DNA of 64,000 bases from an uncultured Armatimonadetes bacterium (GTDB lineage Bacteria > Armatimonadota > UBA5829 > DTJY01): assembly GCA_963717145.1 (NCBI GenBank), contig OY970325.1, positions 2,176,001-2,240,000 of the forward strand, written 5' to 3'. Below are positions 58,387 to 64,000 of this stretch, piece by piece. Below the pieces are notes generated by a model that worked only from the letters and a program-made list of their open reading frames with translations, had not been told where the DNA came from and did not search any database. The translations under genes were made by a program, and so were the position numbers. Each line of letters begins with the position of its first letter. Position 1 is the stretch's first letter.

Positions 58387-59840
58387 AGCTTCGGTCTCTC
58401 CCGATGGTAATCCGTGTTCTGCTCGAAGGCAAACGCCGTTCGGAGGATGGTCTCCTCGTCGAAGGGCTTGCCCATGATCTGCATGCCGATCGGGAGGCCG
58501 CCGATGAACCCGCAGTTGATCGAGATCGCCGGGATGCCCGCCATGTTGACCGGGATCGTGCAGACATCCGCGAGCTTCATCGCCAGCGGGTCGTCGGAGC
58601 GCTCGCCGATCCCGAATGCGGGCACAGGCGATGTGGGGCTGATCAGCACGTCGAACTCGCTGAACGCTTCGTCGTAGGCCTTGCGGACGAGCGTGCGGAC
58701 CTTCTGCGCCTTGAGGTAGTATGCATCGTAGTACCCCGCGCTCAGGGCATACGTGCCGATCATGATCCGCTGCTTGACCTCAGCGCCAAAGCCTTCGTCG
58801 CGGGTCTTGCTGAGCATTGAGAGGGTATCGGTCGCGTGGGCGGTTCGATGGCCGTACTTGACGCCGTCATATCGAGCCAGATTCGAACTCGCTTCGGCCG
58901 GCGCGAGGATGTAGTAGGTCGGAAGAGTGTATTCCATGATCGGCATGGAAAGCTCCCGGCACTCCGCACCGAGTTCGCAAAGTTTCTCGACCGCCTTCAT
59001 GACCATATCCGCGATCTCCGGGCTGACTCCCTGCGCGAAGAACTCCTTCGGGACGCCGATCTTGAGCCCCTTCACGTCATTCCTGAGAGCCGCGCGGTAG
59101 TCCGGCACGGGCAGATCGACAGAGGTGGAGTCGAGCGGATCCTTGCCCGCGATCGCCTGCAGCAGAATCGCGCAGTCGGTGACGTCCTTGGTGAGCGGCC
59201 CGATCTGATCGAGCGAGGAAGCAAACGCCACCAGACCGTACCGCGAGACACGGCCGTAAGTCGGTTTCATCCCGACAACGCCGCAGAATGACGCGGGCTG
59301 ACGGATCGACCCGCCGGTATCCGATCCCAGAGCGAGGATGCATTCATCCGCCGCGACCGCCGCCGCCGATCCACCGCTCGATCCGCCGGGAACTTTCGAG
59401 AGGTCCCAGGGATTATGGGTGACGAAGAAGGCGGAGTTCTCGGTGGATGAACCCATCGCGAACTCATCGAGATTCGACTTGCCAACCATGATCGTGCCCG
59501 CAGCGGCGAGCTTCTCGACGACCGTGGCGTCGTATGGCGGGACGAAATCCTGGAGGATCTTCGAAGAGCAGGTCGTCTTCGTTCCCCTCGTACACATGTT
59601 GTCCTTGATCGCGACTGGAATCCCTGCGAGTGGGCCGATCGGGTTGCCAAGGCCGATGCGCTCGTCGATCTCAGTCGCAGCCTGGAGAGCGATCTCAGGG
59701 GTGAGGGTCACATACGATCGAACCTGGGCCTCCACCGCATCGACCCGATCGAGGACCGCCTGAGTCACTTCACGCGCGCTGACCTCGCGGGCCCGGATCA
59801 TGTCGTGGAGTTCGTGTGCCGTTAGTCTGCTCAGTTCCAT
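58383..59840 (-). CDS. gatA: Asp/Glu-tRNA amidotransferase subunit A
   Basis: [20 protein letters not shown]. Confidence 0.97.
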   Translation of the reverse strand: MELSRLTAHELHDMIRAREVSAREVTQAVLDRVDAVEAQVRSYVTLTPEIALQAATEIDERIGLGNPIGPLAGIPVAIKDNMCTRGTKTTCSSKILQDFVPPYDATVVEKLAAAGTIMVGKSNLDEFAMGSSTENSAFFVTHNPWDLSKVPGGSSGGSAAAVAADECILALGSDTGGSIRQPASFCGVVGMKPTYGRVSRYGLVAFASSLDQIGPLTKDVTDCAILLQAIAGKDPLDSTSVDLPVPDYRAALRNDVKGLKIGVPKEFFAQGVSPEIADMVMKAVEKLCELGAECRELSMPIMEYTLPTYYILAPAEASSNLARYDGVKYGHRTAHATDTLSMLSKTRDEGFGAEVKQRIMIGTYALSAGYYDAYYLKAQKVRTLVRKAYDEAFSEFDVLISPTSPVPAFGIGERSDDPLAMKLADVCTIPVNMAGIPAISINCGFIGGLPIGMQIMGKPFDEETILRTAFAFEQNTDYHRERPKL

Positions 59841-60143
59841 CTACATCTCCACAACCTGGGGCACGACAAAGTAGAAGTCGTGCTCCTCGGGGGCATTCGA
59901 GACGGCCTCCTCCTGGGTGAACGAGGGGCCGGCGACGTCCTCGCGGAAGACGTTCTTCATCGGGATGGAGTGGGAAGTCGGCTCGACATCGGCCGTGTCG
60001 AGTTCCTCGAGGCTCGCGAAGTGCTCCATGATCTGGTTGAGGTGGACCGTCAGCCGGTCCTTTTCGGCCTCGGACAGCTCCAACCTGGCGAGCCAGGCGG
60101 TGTGCTCGACTTCATCTCTGCTTAGTCTCAAGGTAGATACCAT
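59841..60143 (-). CDS. gatC: Asp/Glu-tRNA amidotransferase subunit C
   Basis: EVEHTAWLARL, NVFRED, FVVPQV. Confidence 0.95.
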   Translation of the reverse strand: MVSTLRLSRDEVEHTAWLARLELSEAEKDRLTVHLNQIMEHFASLEELDTADVEPTSHSIPMKNVFREDVAGPSFTQEEAVSNAPEEHDFYFVVPQVVEM

Positions 60144-60159
60144 CCTCTCTCACAGCAGG

Positions 60160-60238
60160 CCGTAGCCTAGCCCCTTGTGGGCGTTCGTAGATGCTGCTTA
60201 CCGTGCTCTTCGAACGCCCACAAGGGGCTAGGCTACGG
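60160..60238. repeat. GTAG-type REPIN hairpin
   Basis: ccgtagcctagccccttgtgggcgttcg ... cgaacgcccacaaggggctaggctacgg. Confidence 0.88.
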
Positions 60239-60259
60239 CCCTGGATCCCCCCACGTCAG

Positions 60260-61157
60260 CTACACCCCGGCGATGATCTTGTCCATGCGGGCTGCAACAT
60301 CCTTCAGATATGCCGCATCGCCGCCACCGAGTTCGGCGGTCATGTAGCCGCTGTAGCCGACTTCCTCGATCGCCTTGCGGACCTCTTTCCAGTTGACGCT
60401 GCCATCCAGGAGATTCGTCCACTGGCGGCCGTCGAGCTTGAAGTCCTTCACGTGGAGCCGCCTGATCCGAGGTGCCCAGCGTGCGGATCCAGTCCTGCGA
60501 GATGCCGAACGCGCCGATGACGTTGCCGACATCGAAGTAGGCGCGCACCCACGGGCTCTTGAACTCGTCGACGTAACGGGCGAACTCCATTGGGCTGAGG
60601 AGGAAACCGTTCCAGACGTTCTCGACGGCGATAACGACGCCGAGCTTCTCAGCGGTCGGGATGATCTTCTTGATGCTGGCCTGGGAGCGCTCGTAGACAT
60701 CCTTGTAGCGCGTCTCTTCCGTAACTCGGCCGGGGACCAGGAGCAGCGTGTCGGCGCCCATCGCCTTCGCGCCCTTCAGGCCGTCGATCGCGGCCTGCTC
60801 TCCCTCAGCGCGATCCTTCGGGTCCGCGGCGGAGAGCGGCTTGCCCCATCCGCCGTAGATCACGGAATGGATATCGACGCCCGCCTTGGCGGCGGCCTTC
60901 CGCATCGCCTCGCACTCCTTGAGATCGGTGATGGGAGGGGCTTCGACGCCGTCGAACCCGCAGTCGGCGGCGAGCTTGAATCGCGCCTCCATGCTCTGGT
61001 CGCCGGGCAGCATCGAGTATACCACGGCCTTCTTCAGCTTGGTCTTGAACACCGGACTTACCTCCTTGGCAACGGCTTCAGTTTGCAGCAAACCGGGAGC
61101 GACGCCCGCCAGCGCGATTGTCGTGGCGGCGCGTCCCAGGAATTCGCGTCTGTTCAT
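60260..61157 (-). CDS. Tat-exported sugar-phosphate isomerase/epimerase (TIM barrel), +1 frameshift near 60470
   Basis: NRREFL, VENVWN, YFDVGN. The C-terminus LHVKDF...MTAE is in the adjacent frame. Confidence 0.87.
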
Positions 61158-61171
61158 ATTGTACCTCGCAT

Positions 61172-61236
61172 GTAGTGGCCGTGCCTCAGTGCCGGCCTGG
61201 CCACATTGCTGGCCGGCACGGAGGCGCGGCCACTAC
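61172..61236. repeat. REPIN, GTAGTGGCCGTGCC family
   Basis: gtagtggccgtgcctcagtgccggcc ... ggccggcacggaggcgcggccactac. Confidence 0.88.
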
Positions 61237-61241
61237 GTGAT

Positions 61242-62579
61242 CTAGACTTTCGGGGCCTTCCAGGGCTTCCGATACTTAGGCTTGGCCAACTCGTTGGCGT
61301 CCCTGTCGCCGATGACCTGGCACTTCTCCGCATCCCAGTGAATCCGACTTCCGGAATTCAGCGCGACGTGGCCGAGATTGAGCGACACCGCGAGCGGCAG
61401 ATGATAGTCGAAGTTGCAGAGCGGCTGCTCCCGGGTCTTGATCGCGTCCAGGAACTCGCGATCGTGTCCCGGCGATGACGGAATGCTCGGCTCGGGCAGA
61501 GGGACGCCCTCGAGCCTGTTGCCCTCGGAGATGATCTTGTGCGATCCATAGTCGCCCAGCAGCGTGCCCTTCGTGCCGTGGAACATGACGCCGAGCCTGC
61601 GACCTCCATCGGGAGGCCCGCCGAAATCGAAGTTGAAGCTGTTGCCGCACATGTTCATCCACGTCATCGTGAAGTCCTCGAACTCCCAGAGGACGTCGAC
61701 GGTATCCGGGATGTCGCTGATGTCGTCGGCAACGAACCGCCCGCCGGTGGCCATGACGGACTTCGGCTGGCCGGGATCCATCGCCCAGAATGCGAGGTCC
61801 ACGATATGCGGACCGAGTTCGTTCAGCCAGCTTCCGACGTAATCCTTGAAATACCGGTGCACGGTGAACCGCGCCGGGTTGAACGGGACGAGCGGCGCGG
61901 GTCCGCACCACGTATCCCAGTCGAGGCCTGCGGGAGGCTTCGTGTCGGCGGGCTTCCCGCAGCCGCCGGGATACTCATTCAGAGTGCAGATGATGCGCAC
62001 ATTCATGATCTTGCCGAGCATGCCTGACCGGACGATCTCCACGCAGCGGCGGAAGTTGTCGAGCGAGTGGATCTGCGTGCCGACCTGAGTGACCCGCTTG
62101 TTCTCGCGGGCGGCTTTCGCCATCGCGAACGCCTCGGCCGGATAGCGGGAGATCGGCTTTTCGCAGTAGACATCCTTGCCCGCCTCGCAAGCCGCGATCG
62201 AGATCAGCGGGTGCCAGTGCGGCGGCGTGGTCACTATGACCGCGTCGATGTCCTTCTGCTTGAGCAGCTTGCGGTAGTCCTTGTACGTCTTGGCCTTCCC
62301 ACCGGCTGCCTCTTTTCCGGCCGCGAGGTGCCCGTCATCGAGATCGCAGACCGCGCCGATCACGACGTCGGGGTATCTCATGAAACCGTGCATCACTCCC
62401 ATGCCTCGGCCTCCGAGACCGATCACGCCCAGCACGATCTTCTCGCTGGCCGAGACTTCCTGCGCCTGTGCAGTTTTGGTTGCCATACCGATGCCTCCTA
62501 TTCCAACAGCGACCGCCGCCGCCGAGGTAGTCTTTAGAAAGTCGCGTCTGCTCCACTGTCGGGCTTCTTCGCCGCTCAT
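61242..62579 (-). CDS. Tat-exported Gfo/Idh/MocA oxidoreductase
   Basis: SRRDFLK, IGLGGRG, GKDVYCEKP. Confidence 0.92.
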   Translation of the reverse strand: MSGEEARQWSRRDFLKTTSAAAVAVGIGGIGMATKTAQAQEVSASEKIVLGVIGLGGRGMGVMHGFMRYPDVVIGAVCDLDDGHLAAGKEAAGGKAKTYKDYRKLLKQKDIDAVIVTTPPHWHPLISIAACEAGKDVYCEKPISRYPAEAFAMAKAARENKRVTQVGTQIHSLDNFRRCVEIVRSGMLGKIMNVRIICTLNEYPGGCGKPADTKPPAGLDWDTWCGPAPLVPFNPARFTVHRYFKDYVGSWLNELGPHIVDLAFWAMDPGQPKSVMATGGRFVADDISDIPDTVDVLWEFEDFTMTWMNMCGNSFNFDFGGPPDGGRRLGVMFHGTKGTLLGDYGSHKIISEGNRLEGVPLPEPSIPSSPGHDREFLDAIKTREQPLCNFDYHLPLAVSLNLGHVALNSGSRIHWDAEKCQVIGDRDANELAKPKYRKPWKAPKV

Positions 62580-62687
62580 CGTGTCATGCCTCCCCGGTCA
62601 GCGTGCCATCGAACGTTTCGTCGTGCCGACCGGACAATCCTCGTGTGCTCCATTGTACCTGTTTTGCGCATCCGTTTACAACCTGCG

Positions 62688-62782
62688 GGGAACGGGAGGG
62701 CGAGGCTCCGTCCGAGCCGTGGATGGGGCCGTACGCCTTGCAACCGCCCACGGCTCGGACGGAGCCTCGCCCTCCCGTTCCC
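62688..62782. repeat. REP hairpin, GGGAGGGCGAGGCTCC family (35-bp arms)
   Basis: Perfect inverted arms. Same core as the menG insertion at 21957-22015. Confidence 0.9.
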
Positions 62783-62789
62783 CAATGCC

Positions 62790-63845
62790 CTACGTCCAGC
62801 CGTACTCGTAGCCCGCCTCGTACAGCGCCACAACGTTCTCCGGCGGGCCGATCGCCTGGATGTTGTGGCACGGCGCGATGATGTATCCCCCACCCGCGCC
62901 GAGAATGCGTATGTTGTCCTGAACCTCCTGCCGAACCTCCTCCACCGTTCCGAATGGTATGGTGTACTGGTTGTCCACCGCTCCGTGGAAGATCAGCCTG
63001 TCGCCGAAGTCGCGCTTCAGGCCCTCGCGCTCCATCCCGGGGCAGCGCCACTGGACCGGGTTCAGCACCTCGATGCCCATCTCGATCAGGTCGGGCAGAA
63101 TCTCCCTCGCCGCTCCGTCGGTGTGGTGGAAGACGTGCGAGCCGTGCTGCTTCGTCAGGTCCACCATGCGCTTCATGCGAGGGATCAGGAACTTGCGAAT
63201 GTGCGCGGGCGAGTACATCAGCGCAGTCTGACCGCCGAGGTCCTCGGCCACGTAGGTCGCCATCACGGCGCCGGGGATGGTCTCGAATATGCGAAGTGTG
63301 CTCTGGTACGCCAGCTCGAACAGCTTGTCGAGGCAGTAGTTGACGATCTCCGGGTTCTCGATCAGGTCCATGAACGCCTGCTCCTCGCCTCGGAGCGCCT
63401 TGTAGATGAGGAACGGCTCCGAGCCACCGCCCCGGATCGGACGGTGCTCCTTGCCCTCGATCTCCTGAGGGAGGTGCGAGTAGTCCCACCAGTCGGGACT
63501 CGGCCAGGTGTAGTCGGCCTCGATCTCCTCGACCGAGGAGTATTGTGCCAGCGGGGCGTAGACCGATTCGCTGTAGACGCCGGTCCCGTACTCGACCGTT
63601 CGGCGTCTGATGCCGAACACATCGCTGTCCTCGGGGATCGGAGGTCCGACGTACCGGCCGCCCACAGCCACCAACGTGTCGATGTGCAGACGCCGCAACA
63701 TTTCGTCGTAGTCGCAGCCGAGGTGTCGGAGCAGCTTCTCGTTGGCCTCGCCGGTCGCCCAGTAGTCCATCGGGATGCGATCGGGCTTCTCGCGATTCAG
63801 CACCGCCAGCCATCGCTCGCGCGGCGTCATGGTTTCCTTGGGCAT
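62790..63845 (-). CDS. Uroporphyrinogen decarboxylase-like family protein
   Basis: MTPRER...PDRIP, HHTDG, LNPVQ, GGGYIIAPCHNIQ. Confidence 0.85.
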   Translation of the reverse strand: MPKETMTPRERWLAVLNREKPDRIPMDYWATGEANEKLLRHLGCDYDEMLRRLHIDTLVAVGGRYVGPPIPEDSDVFGIRRRTVEYGTGVYSESVYAPLAQYSSVEEIEADYTWPSPDWWDYSHLPQEIEGKEHRPIRGGGSEPFLIYKALRGEEQAFMDLIENPEIVNYCLDKLFELAYQSTLRIFETIPGAVMATYVAEDLGGQTALMYSPAHIRKFLIPRMKRMVDLTKQHGSHVFHHTDGAAREILPDLIEMGIEVLNPVQWRCPGMEREGLKRDFGDRLIFHGAVDNQYTIPFGTVEEVRQEVQDNIRILGAGGGYIIAPCHNIQAIGPPENVVALYEAGYEYGWT

Positions 63846-63863
63846 ACACGTTCCCTCACACAT

Positions 63864-63928
63864 GTAGTGGCCGTGCCTCAGTGCCGGCCAAGGGCGTTGG
63901 ATGGCCGGCACTGAGGCACGGCCACTAC
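63864..63928. repeat. REPIN, GTAGTGGCCGTGCC family
   Basis: gtagtggccgtgcctcagtgccggcca ... tggccggcactgaggcacggccactac. Confidence 0.88.
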
Positions 63929-63935
63929 GTGATGG

Positions 63936-64000
63936 TTACTTGTTTCCGGCGGCCAGGCCGTTCTGGATGAGATACCTGTAGCTATCCTTGACCGCACCGA
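63936..64000 (-). CDS. 3' end of a gene continuing beyond the window (...GAVKDSYRYLIQNGLAAGNK*)
   Basis: Open frame with GC-biased codons ending in TAA. Confidence 0.5.
   Translation of the reverse strand, partial: GAVKDSYRYLIQNGLAAGNK

Overview
High-GC (roughly 60-65% by eye) bacterial chromosomal window, probably from an Armatimonadota-like genome (inferred from gene content and repeat style). Housekeeping blocks are tyrS, nuoHIJKLMN-menG-polyprenyl synthase, hsp20-lon-BON, sod, xerD, thrS-infC-rpmI-rplT-pheST, lysC, queDE and gatCAB. Accessory genes include a heterodimeric ABC exporter, an ECF-sigma/TPR locus, a sulfatase, FAD oxidoreductases and Tat-exported sugar enzymes. Highlights: (1) a 28-aa ORF missing from the ORF track (MKTLVKVLLALAALVLSSGAFPKYWPPP, 42323-42409, minus) leads an operon with a membrane HD-GYP phosphodiesterase, a degenerate QD-GYP partner and a DUF5317 membrane protein resembling signal peptidase II, a candidate peptide-signal to c-di-GMP system; (2) two REP-type palindromes are inserted in frame in menG/ubiE, each with a relative in intergenic DNA of this window; (3) two non-identical single-ORF IS66 elements are stacked at one 8-bp target that contains a promoter -35 box; (4) many REPIN-like hairpins and short tandem repeats fill the intergenic DNA. 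Single-base frameshifts in nuoM, lon, the sulfatase and an isomerase look like sequencing errors. No tRNA, rRNA or CRISPR array was seen.
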